A DNA stretch of 64,000 nt from Okamejei kenojei (lineage: Eukaryota). The notes beneath the pieces are model-generated. The model did no database searches. It saw only the letters and a list, made by a program, of their open reading frames with translations, and was not told the origin of the DNA. Within the stretch, counting starts at the first letter, position 1; each line of letters starts with the position of its first letter. The DNA is taken from positions 100,316,001 through 100,380,000 of the forward strand of contig CM069135.1 in NCBI GenBank assembly GCA_035221665.1. The letters run 5' to 3'. Both the position numbers and the translations under genes were made by a program. Positions 1 to 12,397 of this stretch are shown in pieces.

Positions 1-253
1 TCAATACAACGAAACAGCCACGGTCTCAAAAACCACGACAAAAGGTGAAGGGGTCTCAAACGACTACACAGCATATTCCTGCTCCTCATTTTTATATATG
101 TGGGAAGGAATTAGGCCATAATACATTAACAGTGATAGCCAAGAGAACAAAAACAGTATAAATTCCATGATAGCGCAGCTGCATTCAGTCTCTCTCTTGC
201 CAAGAGGTTTCCATCCTTTAGATTATATTTCACAAACCCCAGCAGCACTCAGC

Positions 254-382
254 AGATCAATTTCTTTAACCAGTTCTGTTCAAAGTGCAGCTAGAAGGTT
301 CCTTCCAGCCGTGGAAACCCTCAAGGAAGTCATTATGTGAATTTGTATCCCACCTCACTGCTTACACCTAAAACACTTCACT
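254..382 (+). repeat. ~130-bp diverged direct repeat, copy 1 (copy 2 at ~1743-1872)
   Basis: Both copies share aggttccttccagcc..ggaaaccctcaaggaa..gtcat.atgtgaatttgtatcccac..cactgcttacacc.aaaacacttcac. Confidence 0.85.
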
Positions 383-385
383 ATT

Positions 386-1730
386 GGGCGGCACAGTGAC
401 GCAGTGGCAGAGTTGCTTTACAGCGCCAGGGACCCGGGGTTCGATCCTGACTACGAGTGCTGTCTGGACAGAGTTTGTACGTTCTCCCTGTGACCTGCGT
501 GGGTGTTCTCCAGGTAGCAATGTTACAAAATTTTGAGATTTTAAAAATCAAGTCTGCAATTTATCCCATCAGGTAAAGCATAAAAATAAGTTTAATTTGA
601 CACCTAATTCATGTTCATATCTTCAGTTTTAAAAAAGTTATAGCCATTTTCATAGTCGGAAATTAGCATCTTGTTCCCTATTGCTTTTCCATTCTTAACT
701 CAAAAGCTGTGATCAAGGACAGTCAAAAGCCCCTACTTTTCTTAAAAATTAAGAGAACTGAATGAAATTTTCAGTTATTATAGATTGAAGCATTCTGAAA
801 CAGATATGAAACAATCTTACTTGGATGACCTGAAATTAAAGCATATAGTTAGTTAGTTACCTAATTGTAGCTAATTACAAAGTTCAATTACTAGATCTAA
901 ACAACTATCCATTTCTTAAGAAAAGGTTAACATTTTTTAATAGCCTAAGTGTCCAAATACCATTCACCCAAGAATTCACAATATAACATGATTTTTAAAT
1001 CTCATTGTCATGAATTTATAGGCCAAATGGAAGGAATTTAGTGTTTAATTCCCGTAAATTAATGGCCATTTAAATCATCTTGCGAGTGGGATTTTGTGGA
1101 ACACGATCGTTTGAAATGTTGCATTTGTGGTGAATTTAAACCCCATATCGGCAGGAAAAATACTGCCGGTTCGTATGGGGCCTAAGTCACCTTTTCGCAA
1201 ATTTTGATTAAAGGCATCCTAAGAAGCACGTTTATATGTAAAATAAACGGCGTACCTTGCTTTGTCCCGTACGTGAGATCCGTCCCGTTGTCGGCGTTGA
1301 TGGCTTTAGAAGACGCTTTTTAATTTACTCCCGCTATTGAATTATCCAGCGTAGTTTAAAAAAAACTTCAGAGAACGCATGTCGGAGTGCGATTTTTCTT
1401 CAGCAACTAAACAGCCTGACAAAGATCGATTTGAACAGGCTGGAGAAAACGGCATTTTAAACCCGCCCCCCTCTCAAAGGCGCCAAAGTCGCGCACACGG
1501 GCAGTGACAGAACTGCAGCGCCGCTGAAGGTAAGTTTTGTGGCATACCTACTCCAGGTGCTCCAGTTCCCTCCCACAACCTACAGACTTGCGGGCTTGTA
1601 AGTTAGTTGGCTTCAGTAAAATTGTGAACTGTCCCTAGTGTGTAGGATAGTGTTGGTGTTTACGGGGAGATCGCTAGTCAGCACGGGCACGGTGGACTGA
1701 AGGGCTTGTTTCCGTGCTATATCTCTAAAG
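386..1730 (+). mobile_element. HE1-like tRNA-derived V-SINE, interrupted by a DNA transposon at 515-1550
   Basis: tRNA-like head (ggcggcacagtgacgcagtggcagagttgc...gggttcgatcctgactac) and core gggtgttctccagg|tgctccagttccctcccac split by the insertion. CR1-like tail gaagggcttgtttccgtgctatatctctaaa. Confidence 0.85.
515..1550. mobile_element. Unclassified non-autonomous DNA transposon (~1.04 kb)
   Basis: Imperfect TIRs TAGCAATGTTACAAAA / TTTTGTGGCATACCTA. CTCCAGG is duplicated at 508-514 and 1551-1557. Cleanly splits a SINE and has no ORF. Confidence 0.75.
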
Positions 1731-1944
1731 TAGAAATTCTAAAGATCAAATGCTTTAAGCAGCTCTGTTCAAGCTGCTGCTGGAGGTTCCTTCCAGCCTT
1801 GGAAACCCTCAAGGAAAGTCATGATGTGAATTTGTATCCCACTGCACTGCTTACACCAAAAACACTTCACAAATGAAGTTAATTTGGTCCATTCTGTTCA
1901 GTTCATCTGCCAATTCAGGGTAGGGCAACACAACCTCAGCAACC

Positions 1945-2395
1945 CAACTGAGAAGGTCTCGAGGGTCTCGACCCGAAACGTCGTCATTCTATCTCCTTTC
2001 GTCTCCTTAGATGTGCTGCTGCACCCGCCTGAGTTTTCTCCAGCTTTTTGTGTACCCTCGATTCTCCTCCAAGGTTCCTTCTTTAAAACTTTGTCTACTC
2101 CACTGCGATATCTCCTCAGGGTAGAAGTTCTCCTCCTCCCTACGGAAACCTCGACCACGTCGCCAGCCCTTAGATGCTGCTGCACCCGCTGAGTTTCTCC
2201 AGCTTTTTGTGTACCCCCTGGTCTAAAAGGTTATTTGATAATGTACAACAGGCACTGAAAGAAATGTTACTGCTGCAAAGAAGGACAAAGCTGGTAGTGC
2301 TAAAAATGAAGACACAAAGTGCTGGAGTACTTCAGCGGACCAGGCATTTTGTGTCTTTTTTTCTAAACCAGCATCTGCAGTTCTTTGTGTCTACT
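1945..2395. mobile_element. Cluster of Penelope-derived terminal repeat fragments
   Basis: gggtctcgacccgaaacgtc; two copies of gatgctgctgcacccgctgagtttctccagctttttgtgtacc; collapsed palindromic copy at ~2305-2395. Confidence 0.65.
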
Positions 2396-2539
2396 GGCAG
2401 TGCTCAAGTTATTTCAGACAGGATCATGGAGAAATATCTCAGCATCCTGTTGTTTCTTCAGTAAGTGCAGTTTGATTTCACTAACTCCGTTTGAGGGTTT
2501 ACCAGGGTGTCCAGTCTCATCAACATTTCTCCTTCCCTT

Positions 2540-2822
2540 TAGACTTTAGACTTTAGAGAAACAGCATGGAAACAGGCCCTTCGGCCCACCGAGCCTGCGA
2601 TGACCAGCGGTACACTAGCACTATCCTACACAGTAGGGACAATTTACAATTTACAGAAGCCAATTAACCTACAAGCCTACACATCTTTGGAGTGTGTGGG
2701 GGAAGCCGGAGCACCTGGAGAAAACCCACGGGGTCACAGGGAGAATGTACAAACTCCGTACAGACAGCACCCGTAGTTGAGATTGAATCCAGCAACTCTA
2801 CCGTTGAGCCACTATGCTGCCC
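2540..2822 (-). mobile_element. HE1-like SINE
   Basis: Reverse complement of the SINE consensus with a (TCTAAAG)n-type tail. Confidence 0.85.
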
Positions 2823-2829
2823 GAGGAGA

Positions 2830-3372
2830 TTCAGTATGTCATCAAATACGTGATCAAGATTCTCCAGGTGCACGGTAGAGAGCATATCGACTGGTTGCAC
2901 CATAACATGGTTCAGTAACTCAAATGCCCAGGAACAAAGAAGGGTGCAAGAAGTGGTGGACATTGCCTGGAGTATCTGACCTCCCCACCATCGAAGAGAC
3001 ACACAGGAGGTGCAGCTCAAAAAGGCAGATAATATCTTCAAAGATCCACACCACCCAGGCCTCGCTCTCCTGTCACTGCTTGCATTGGAACCAGATACAG
3101 GAGCCTGAAAACCATGGCCACCAGGTTCTACCCAGCAATCATCAGGCTTGCATAACACCAACCGCTACCTCAGCGATCATGGCCCACTATGGACTTTGGT
3201 TTTGCATAGTTATGGTCTGGTTATTTAGTGTTACTGATTATTACTTTATTGCATTAACATTGAATATTTATTTGTGTGTTATTAGTTAATGAGCCAGTAA
3301 AACTGGAGCAAATAAGAATGTCATTTTTCCGTGATCAGTACATATGACAATTAAACACTCTTGACTCTTGAC
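2830..3372 (+). mobile_element. Rex/Babar-type LINE 3' fragment (degenerate)
   Basis: Remnants of RCTVESI.TGC..TWF.N..AQE.RRVQ.VV and KDPHHPG. 3' end catatgacaattaaacactcttgactcttgac. Confidence 0.7.
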
Positions 3373-3423
3373 TTAATGTTGTTGCTCTGATACTGTTCAA
3401 TCTCAAATAATTGTCTAGAAGAG

Positions 3424-4045
3424 CAGGGGTTGGCAACCTGCGGCCCGTAACCCGAAATCATCCCGCCCGCAGGCCTATTTTTTTTCCCGTAATTATCCAG
3501 CCTGCAGACTTCCGTCATCTCCGGTATCTCCCGGGCCCAAGGCCGTGGCACCCAGGCACGGTGACTCAAGGACGCAAGGAGGCCTGCGCTGGCGGCCGCA
3601 ATGGCGGAGCCGCCGAGGGGCGAGCAGTGCCAAGCGCTGAGCAGCTTCGAGCGCCAAGCGGCAAGCGCGGCGAGCTCTGGCTTTACCACGTCCTGCGCAA
3701 AGCCGCCGGCACGGCCGCGCACCTTCTGTGTCTGGGCTTCACTGTCGGGATCGGGGTTGTCAATAGGCCGGAGACGAGTGAGTGTGAGTATTTGAGCCAC
3801 CGCCTTCAGGACTGAGCCAAGGCATGGTCCGTAGGTGCGCTGTGTTCGTGAGCGCCCGTAGCTAGGGGCCAGTGCTCCAGGTGGTGTCCTTGAAGGGGCG
3901 GGATCTATGTGAACACGTGATTTGATGCCTGCCTTCTGGGGTGGGATGGGGGCGGGATCCATGTGAACACATGATAGATGTGGCCCGCCATCTACTCACA
4001 GACATGCGTCCTGGCCCCTACGCCGAACAAGGTTGCCAACCCCTG
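3424..4045. mobile_element. hAT-like non-autonomous element (MITE, 622 bp)
   Basis: Perfect 16-bp TIRs CAGGGGTTGGCAACCT / AGGTTGCCAACCCCTG. Flanks gtctagaagag / gtctagag resemble an NTCTAGAN 8-bp target. GC-rich interior. Confidence 0.85.
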
Positions 4046-4049
4046 GTCT

Positions 4050-4450
4050 AGAGTCATAAACATAGAGTCATAAGAGTCATTGAGTCTCACAGCATGGAAA
4101 CAGGCCCTTCAGCCCAACTTGCCCACACTGGCCAACATGTCGCATCTATTCTAGTCCCTCTTGCCTGCATTTGCCCCATATCCCTCTAAGCCGATCTTAT
4201 CCATGTACCCATCGTAATGTTTCTTAAACGTTGGGATAGTCCCTGCCTCAAGTACCTCCTCCTGCAGCTCGCTCCATACACCCCCCACCCATTGTGTGAA
4301 AACGTTACCCTTTGGGTTCAGCTTAAATCTACCCCCCCCCCCCCCCACCCCTCCCCACACTAAACCAATGTTCTCTGGGTTCTCGATTCCCTTACTCTGG
4401 GCAAAATTAACTGTGCGCCTACCAGATCTATTCATCTCATGACTTTGTAT
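4050..4450 (-). mobile_element. CR1 (HER1-like) LINE 3' end
   Basis: Minus strand gives FTQWVGGVWSELQEEVLEAGTIPTFKKHYDGYMDKIGLEGYG, the typical CR1 ORF2 C-terminus, plus the 3' UTR. Confidence 0.8.
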
Positions 4451-5659
4451 ACCACTATAATGACTATTGGCTACTAATTCTCTCCCGCAAAACATTAGCC
4501 AAAACAACTTCCCAGTTTACTTGATGCTAGTTTGTATTGGTGCTGCATTGATGCACCATTGCCGTCTGGCTTGAAACAATTTTGCAGATTTATGTTTGCT
4601 ACCACATTTGCAATTATAAATAACTCAAACTCTCACTCCGATAGAGCGTATACAATCCAAGCCTGTACAGTCTTTCCTTAGAGTCAGTCTTCTAACATGA
4701 AGGTGTCTACTATGCATCATTCCTTTCCTATGTATCATTTGCTCTGCCAGTTCTGTCAACTTAGTCAGTCCCTTATCATATATTTTTGTACTGCAGTACG
4801 ACTTCATCTCCCATTTGAAACATTCATTGATTTCACATCTAGTCGACTTCCGAGACTGTGTATCCTGAAAATCCATTTACAAATATTTTGTTTGACTGCA
4901 TTTGCTTTTAAGCAGCTTATGTTACAATTTGAAAGCCAATCTCCTTACTGGTTATTCTGTTACTGGAATATGGACAACTTCTCTCCCGTGTGGATGGGTG
5001 CCATTGTTCCTCGTTGGTTTTCTCTCCACGATCACCAGGCATCTCTGCAGTTTGTTGTTGCTTATAAATGTGCTCCTTCCATTCTCACAGCTAGAACTGC
5101 ACACACTGTTCAAGGTACCGTCTGAACATCTCGCTCCACTCAGTACAAGGACAATTCTCTCCGGTTTGTTCTCGGCCACTTCAATTATGTCTCTCATTTT
5201 CCTTTCCACTTCATTGCTCCCCAATTAGAATTACATCATTTCGGCGATACATCTCTCCAGCCACCCAGGGCATCAAACTTGGTAAGAAGCAATTCTGTCA
5301 CTGCCAGGATATTAACCTTGGGTTATCTGTGCTAATACAGTGAAAACATTTTTAATGTCCTTATTTTAATAGTAATGGGGACCATCACCTTTTGGGTTTC
5401 CAGGGCCCCCATGGGGTACCTGAAATACATTTTCCATAATGTTAATATTAATGTTACTCATAACTACCAGTATTAAATTTCAGCTGGGTAGCTATAGTTA
5501 ACCTGTGTTAATGGACCCAGGGTTTTTGGAATAGTAATTTTCTGACAGAATATGATCATTTCTTACTAATGAGATAATATTTCATTGAACACCTCATTGG
5601 CAATATACCCTTAATTGCACTCAATTAATCCTCCCTGCAGTCGAAGCTGTTGGACTCCA

Positions 5660-5757
5660 AAGATAGACACAAAATGCTGGAGTAACTCAGTGGGTCGGGC
5701 AGCATTTCTGGAGAAAAGAAATAGGTGATGTTTCGGGTCAGAACCTGTCTTCTGACT
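5660..5757 (-). mobile_element. Penelope-derived terminal repeat
   Basis: gatagacacaaaatgctggagtaactcag...ggtgatgtttcgggtc. Confidence 0.7.
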
Positions 5758-6289
5758 CGGATAAGAGGGCGATGACAAACATAAGGTCACAGGAGTTTGG
5801 ATTTGGCCTTGATTATATTCTCTGCATTTGAAAGAAAGAAAGGAAAGCCGAAAGAGTTGCATAAAATATGAGATTAGACTTGGCACAAACTGATCTCCTG
5901 TGTCCTCCATTCTCACCAAACTCCTCCACTCCACAGCACTCTAACAATCAAAAATATTTCCACAGAATAAAACCAACAGAATTTTAGACGCTATTTTGCT
6001 ATGAAGCCTGTCTCCGACCTTGTCACCTGCCACAATTCTACCCACTCATGGGATGAAGTTTAAGTCCTAAGTTGACCACCATTTGCAATATGGTGGAGCT
6101 AAGGTAAAGCTGGCTTGGCCTTGACGCTCCCAAGTAGCAACCTGCTAAATAGGAGACAATATACACCATGACAAACATAGAACATAGAACATGTGGGGAA
6201 TTGTCAAGGTGAATGCAGTCTTTTGTCCAGGATCGGGGAATCATGAACCAGAGAACATTTGTTTAAGGTGATGTGGTTATTCCCTTATC

Positions 6290-6523
6290 ATTAACCAAAC
6301 CTCAACGGTGGAACAGACGGAGGTTGATGGCTGGGAAGGTGGATGAAGGCTGCAGCAGAAAAGGGTCTCCGGTCGTCTTGGACTCCATGTCACTGGATCA
6401 AAACCCAGATCTGTCAAGGACCGTGTGGTGGCTGTCTGTGCACCAGTCTCCACATGTTAAAAAAAGTCACGCACAGGCGTCTCCCATATAAGGGTACAGT
6501 CATACTCGTTTCGAGTGATCGCC
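6290..6523 (+). mobile_element. Short RTE-related retroposon inserted in a LINE tail
   Basis: Ends gtcatactcgtttcgagtgatcgcc, resembling RTE 3' ends. Splits the gttattcccttatca|tttatctgtacactg tail seen intact elsewhere in the window. Confidence 0.45.
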
Positions 6524-6761
6524 GATTTATCTGTACACTGTAAATGGATCGATTGTAATCATGTATTGTCTTTCTGCTGACTGGTTAGCACGCAACAAAA
6601 AGCTTTTCACTGTATCTTAGTACATATGACAATAAACTGAACTGAGAGGAAAAAAATCTAACAGGAAGTTGAGGGGCCACGGTTACACACAGAGGGTGGT
6701 GGGTAGGTGAAATGAGCTGCCCAAGGAGGTAGTTGAGGATACATTAACAATATTTGTTATT

Positions 6762-7655
6762 TGTTATTTGACTTTAGGAGAGCTCCCCCTCCCCTCACCC
6801 CACTCACCATCAACAGCACCACAGCCACCACATCTTTGGAGTCTTTTAAGTTCCTGGGAACCATCATCTCCAAGGACCTTAAGTGGGGAGGCTACCATCG
6901 ACCCCACAGTCAAAAAGGCACAACAGAGGATGTACTTCCTACGGCAGCTGAGGAAGCACAATCTGCCACAGGCAGTGATGGTCCAATTCTATACGGCCAT
7001 CGTAGAGTCTGTTCTCACCTTCTCCATCATGGTCTGGTTTGGCTCAGCTACCAAGCTCGACACCTGGAGGTTGCAGCGAATTGTCCAATCAGCAGAGAAG
7101 GTTATTGGCTGCAACCTTCCCTCCATTGATGAACTGTACACTGCAAGGGCCAGGAAGCGAGCGGGTGAGATCATCTCTGACCCCTCTCATCCTGGCCACA
7201 AACTCTTTGAATCACTTCCCTCTGGAAGGCGACTCCGGATTGTCAAAGCTGCCACAGCCAGACATTGAAACAGTTTTTATCCACGAGTAGTTGCTCTACT
7301 CAACAGCCAAAAATCTGTAGCCTCCCTTTGATCTGGTATTTTGTTGGTTCACATGCTTGATCAATAGTGTTTTATCAGTAATATTTTATTATTATAAGGC
7401 AGGTACGGGATACTGAGTTGGATGATCAGCCATGATCATATTGAATGGCGGTGCAGGCTCGAAGGGCTGAATTGGCCTTACTCCTGCACCTAATTTCTAT
7501 GTTTCTATGTTTCTATGTTTCTATTATTAATGTTTAGTGTTTTCTGAGTCATTCGTAACTGTCACTGTATGTCATGATGTCATGTTGTTACTTGTGGGCG
7601 GAGCACCAAGGCAAATTCCTTGTATGTGAATACTTGGTCAATAAACTTACTTACT
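6762..7655 (+). mobile_element. Rex/Babar LINE, RT C-terminal part and 3' UTR
   Basis: FKFLGTIIS, KKAQQRMYFLRQLRK, FYTAIVESVLTFSIMVWFG, DPSHPGHKLFESLPSGRRLR. (ACTT)n tail at ~7645-7655. A CR1 tail is inserted at ~7395-7522. Confidence 0.85.
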
Positions 7656-8084
7656 TAAAGGATACTTGGACACGCATATGGATAGGAAAGGTTTGGAGGT
7701 TGACCTTCTGGTGAAGATATTTCCACAATGCTGTTGGGGAGGGAGTTCAAAGATTTAGACCCAGCCATGATGAAAGAACCAGAAAAGACGTCAAATCAGG
7801 GATTAGGATGGAAACCTACAGTTTCCATGATGGTGGTGTTCCCAGGCACCTGCTTTCCAAGTTATTCTAGGTAAATGTTGGGAGTTTGGAAGGAACTATC
7901 GGAATAGCCTGGGTGAGTAAATGTACTGCATTTTCATTGGCATGCTCTGTAGGCACAGTGTGCTTATTATGGAAGAAAGTGATGCTTAGGGTTGTAGTTA
8001 GGGTACTGACTTGGCCCTGAAAAGTGATAAATTCCTTGAGTGTCATTGGAGCTACATTTATTCTGGCAACCAAAGACTATTCCT

Positions 8085-8340
8085 TCATGGTATTGTGAGC
8101 AATTCTGAGGAAGGATGTGCTGGTTCTGGAGAGGGTCCAGATGATGTTTACGAGAAAGATCCCAGGAATGAGTCGGTTAACATATGATGAGCGTTTGAAG
8201 GCACTGGGCCTCTACTTGCTGGAGGTTAGAATGGGCAGGAGAATGGGGTTTGGAGGGAGAGCTAGATCAGCCATGGTTCAATCGCGGGGTATACTTGATG
8301 GGCTGAATGTCCTAATTCTGCTCCTATCATTTATGAACTT
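8085..8340 (+). mobile_element. CR1 fragment with internal deletion
   Basis: LERVQMMFTRKIPGMSRLTYDERLKALGLYLLE joined directly to the 3' UTR. Confidence 0.75.
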
Positions 8341-9031
8341 ATCATACTCGTGACCTGAAGATAATGGGGTTGCTTTGGGATGTTGGAAGGTGATGTCATG
8401 ATCCTGATGATTAGTGGATAGCCCATTCCTGCTTCTGCCTCTTCTTATATTCTTATATCCTCATGTTTAATCCTAAATGACCGACACCTTTTTTTCTAAG
8501 AGTCCCCAACTGAGGGAAACTTTCTCCTATTTTTGAAAGGGTTGAGTCCTCTAATCTGTAAGCCTCAATGAGATCGCAACCCATTCTTCAAAGCTCCCAA
8601 GAATAAATTCAATCTCTCCGCACATAACAGGCTTTTCACCCCACCACTTGTCAGGTGATTCTTCTCCGTCCCCTATCCAAGCACAAGGTATGTCATACTG
8701 TAACTACTAATGCCTTATTGTTTCATTAGCCTAATGTGAACTGAACTCATTATATTGAAATGTGATTATATTGATGGCAACCTTTTCTCATTTCACATCT
8801 ATTGAGAATAAGTTAAATAGAAATCCAATTTGCACTCGGAATTGAACGTTTCATATTAAAAAGGTTGCGTTGTATCTATCCTCGCTGATCTTTCAATAGA
8901 AAACACAGCAGGAGGCAATGATCCAAGTGCAAGGACAATATAGTCAGGTGATGGAAGCAAAGTGCTGAAGTAACTCAGGCAGCAACTCTGGAGAAAAAAG
9001 ATGGGTGACATTTCAGGTCGGGACCCTCCTT

Positions 9032-10910
9032 CATAGAAACATGGAAACATAGAAAATAGGTGCAGGAGTAGGCCATGCGGCCCTTCGAGCCTGCACCGCC
9101 ATTCAATATGATCATGGCTGATCATCCAACTCAGTATCCTGTAGCTGCCTTCTCTCCATACCCCCTGATCCCTTTAGCCACAAGGGCCACATCTAACTCC
9201 CTCTTAAATATGGCCAACAAACTGGCCTCAACTACCTTCTGTGGCAGAGAATCCCACAGACTCTCTGTGTGAAAAATGATTTTCTCATCTCGGTCCTAAA
9301 AGACTTCCCCCTTATCCTTAAACTGTGACCCCTTGTCCTGGACTTCCCCAACATCGGGAACAATCTTCCTGTATCTAGCCTGTCCAACCCTTAAGAATTT
9401 TGTAAGTCTCTATGAGATCCCCCCTCAATCTTCTAAACTCCAGCGAGTACAAGCCGAGTCTATCCAGTCTTTCTTCAAATAGCAGTCCTGCCATCCCAGG
9501 AATCAGTCTGGTGAACCTTCTCTGCACTCCCTCCATGGCAAGAATGTCTTTCCTCAGATTAGTCTGTGGCCTCACCAAGACCCTGTACAACTGCAGTAGA
9601 ACCTCCCTGCTCCTATACTCAAATCCTCTTGCTATGAATGCCAACATACCATTCGCTTTCTTCACAGCCTGCTGCACCTGCATGCCTACTTTCAATGACT
9701 GGTGTACCATGACACCCAGGTCTCGTTGCATCTCCCCTTTTCCTAATCAGTCACCATTCAAATAATAGTCTACTTTCCTGTTTTTGCCACCAAAGTGGAT
9801 AACCTCACATTTATCCACATTATACTACATCTGCCATGCATTTGCCCACTCACCCAGCCTATCCAAGTCACCTTGCAGCTTTCTAGCATCCTCCTCACAG
9901 CTAACACTGCCCCCCAGCTTCGTGTCATCCGCAAACTTCGAGATGTTGCATTTAATTCCCTCGTCCAAATCATTAATATATATTGTAAATAGCTGGGATC
10001 CCAGCACTGAGCCTTGCGGCACCCCACCAGTCACTGCGTGCCATTCTGAAAAGGACCGTTTACTCTACCCTTTGCTTCTGTCTGCCAGCCAGTTCTCTAT
10101 CCACATCAATACTGAACCACCAATACCGTGTGCTTTACGTTTGTATACTAATCTCTTGTGTGCGACCTTGTCGAAAGCCTTCTGAAAGTCCAGATATAAC
10201 ACATCCACTGCTTTCCTTATCACTCTACTAGTTACATCCTCAAAACATTCCAATACGATTCGTCAGACATGATTTACCTTTCGTAAATCCATGCTGACTT
10301 TGTCCAATGATTTCACCACTTTCCAAATGTGCTGCTATCCCATTTTAAATAACTGACTCTAGCATTTTCCCCACTACCGATGTTAGACTAACTGTCTGTA
10401 ATTCCCGTTTTCTCTCCCTCCCTTTTTAAAAAGTGGGGTTACATTAGTACCTCCAATCCTCAGGAACTACTCCAGAATCTAAAGAGTTTTGAAAAATTAT
10501 CACTAATGCATCCACTATTTCTGGGGCTACTTCCTTAAGTACCCTGGGATGCAGCCTATCTGGCCCTGGGGATTTATCGGTCTTTAATCCATTCAATTTA
10601 CCTAACACCACTTTCCGGCTAACCTGGATTTCACTCAGTTCCTCCATCTCATTTGACCCGCGATCCCCTGCTATTTCCGTCAGATTACTTATGTCTTCCT
10701 TAGTGAAGACAGAACCAAAGTAGTTATTCAATTGGTCTGCCATGTCCTTGTTCCCCATGATCAATTCACCTGTTTCTGCCTGCAAGGGACCTGCATTTGT
10801 TTTAACTAATCTTTTTCTCTTCACATATCGATAAAAACTTTTGCTGTCAGTTTTTATGTTCCCTGCCAGTTTTCTTTCATAATCCATTTTCCCTTCCCTA
10901 ATTAAGCCCT
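9032..10910 (-). mobile_element. CR1 (HER1-like) LINE, 5'-truncated ORF2/RT pseudogene
   Basis: [66 protein letters not shown]. (TTCTATGT)n-type tail. Inserted into a Penelope terminal repeat (ccttca on both sides). Confidence 0.92.
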
Positions 10911-11589
10911 TCAGACTGATCAGGCTTTATTGTCGGTCTTTGCACCAAGGATGGTTCTCGACATGGAAGTACATTTGCTACATGGAGCTACATCTCCATG
11001 GGGACTCTCTCTCCCGACAGCGGGAAATGACATTGCCTTGCTGCTGACTGCAAATTCTGGGTCAAACTCTTGATGTTACAAGTGACCCCCCCCCCCATTT
11101 CTTGGAGGGGGGGAGTCATGGGGGGGTGGGGGAGTCGTGGGGGGTGGGGGGTGGAACAGGGGTTGCATTCCTTAGTAAATAATCTGCATTGTGATTTTCC
11201 GACGCTGTAACAAGAAACTGAGTTGAAACAAATAGATTTTGTGTTTGTTTATTTGCTTTCCTTCACATGAATTTCGTCAGAGTATATTTTATTCCCGATC
11301 TTATATTTTTGGGTAATGACATGAATTCTGTAAGGGGGAATTTCCCGACTGGCCTTAACGCAGGGGTCTCCTGCTCTTGCACTCTAGCTGCCAATGGTAG
11401 GTGGTGGCGGAGGCAGATACAAATGTGGTATTTAAGAGGCTTTCGGACAGGCACATGGATATGCAGATAGAGGAGGGATAGCTGACGGGCAAAGCTGAGG
11501 AGATTGATTCAATTTGGCATCATGTTCGACACGGACATTGTGGGCCAGGGGGACTGTTCCTGCACTATGCTGTTCTAATCTTGGAAAAA

Positions 11590-11885
11590 GCAGCAGCGGC
11601 AAAAAATTAACCCTTGCATTCCCTCTCTCTCCATCCCTTCCCCACCCTAGTCGTCCTACTAGTTACACTGCCGTCCGCTCATTATCATCTTTTCCACAGC
11701 CAACAATGGACCATTGTGGGCCCCACCTTTCCCTGATCATCGTTGTTCTTTTCATACCTTTCATTCATCTGTTTTCTGTAACTTTTCATACCTCTAGTTT
11801 CCCTCTCCCCATACTCTCAGTCTGAAGAAGAAGCCTGATCCACTGAGTTACTGCAGCACTTTGTGTCTATCTTCAATGTAAACAA
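11590..11885 (+). mobile_element. Penelope 3' UTR/terminal fragment
   Basis: CT-rich UTR ending ctcagtctgaagaag...ctgagttactgcagcactttgtgtctatcttc. Confidence 0.6.
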
Positions 11886-11998
11886 TGAACTGCCTACCAC
11901 AATTTTGCAAAGATAAGATTTTACTTTGAGAAACACCATCTCATGGAAACAAGTCCAATATCTTACCAAGTACAACTAAAATACTAAAGACTAGGCCA

Positions 11999-12298
11999 GC
12001 AGGATGGTGCAGCAGTAGAGTTACTGCCTTACAGCGCCAGAGACGCGGGTTTGATTCTGACTATGGGTGTTGTCAGTGTGGAGTTTGCACGTTCTCTCTG
12101 TGACCGTATGGCTTTTCTCCAGGTGCTTCGGTTTCCTCCCGCACTCCAAAGACGTGCGAGTTTGTAGATGGATTGGTTTCTGTAAATTGTTCGTCGTGTG
12201 ATGCATAGAACTAGCCTACGGGTGATCGGTGTGGACTCGGTGGGTCGAAGAGCCTGTGTCCATGCTGTATCTCTAAACTAAAACCAAACTAAACTATA
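11999..12298 (+). mobile_element. HE1-like SINE
   Basis: Full head, core and tail with (CTAAA)n. Confidence 0.85.
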
Positions 12299-12302
12299 CT
12301 AA

Positions 12303-12397
12303 GTCTGAAGAAGGGTTTTGGCCCGAAACATTGCCTATCTCCCTCGCTCCATAGATGCTGCTGCACCCGCTGAGTTTCTCCAGCATTTTGTGTACCC
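12303..12397 (+). mobile_element. Penelope terminal repeat with hammerhead-like motif
   Basis: gtCTGAAGAagggttttggcccGAAAcatt followed by gatgctgctgcacccgctgagtttctccagc. Confidence 0.7.

Noticed and set aside
386-460. tRNA-like sequences at SINE heads
   Set aside because: A and B boxes are followed by SINE core and tail with no complete cloverleaf, so these are not tRNA genes.
3351-3962. 203-aa and overlapping ORFs
   Set aside because: Lie almost wholly in a GC-rich MITE and have no recognisable domain. The open frames are explained by GC content.
4625-5260. Overlapping ORFs suggesting a gene
   Set aside because: The minus strand shows YLEQCVQF*, resembling CR1 LEYCVQFW, with many stops. 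Probably an ancient LINE remnant, too decayed to call.
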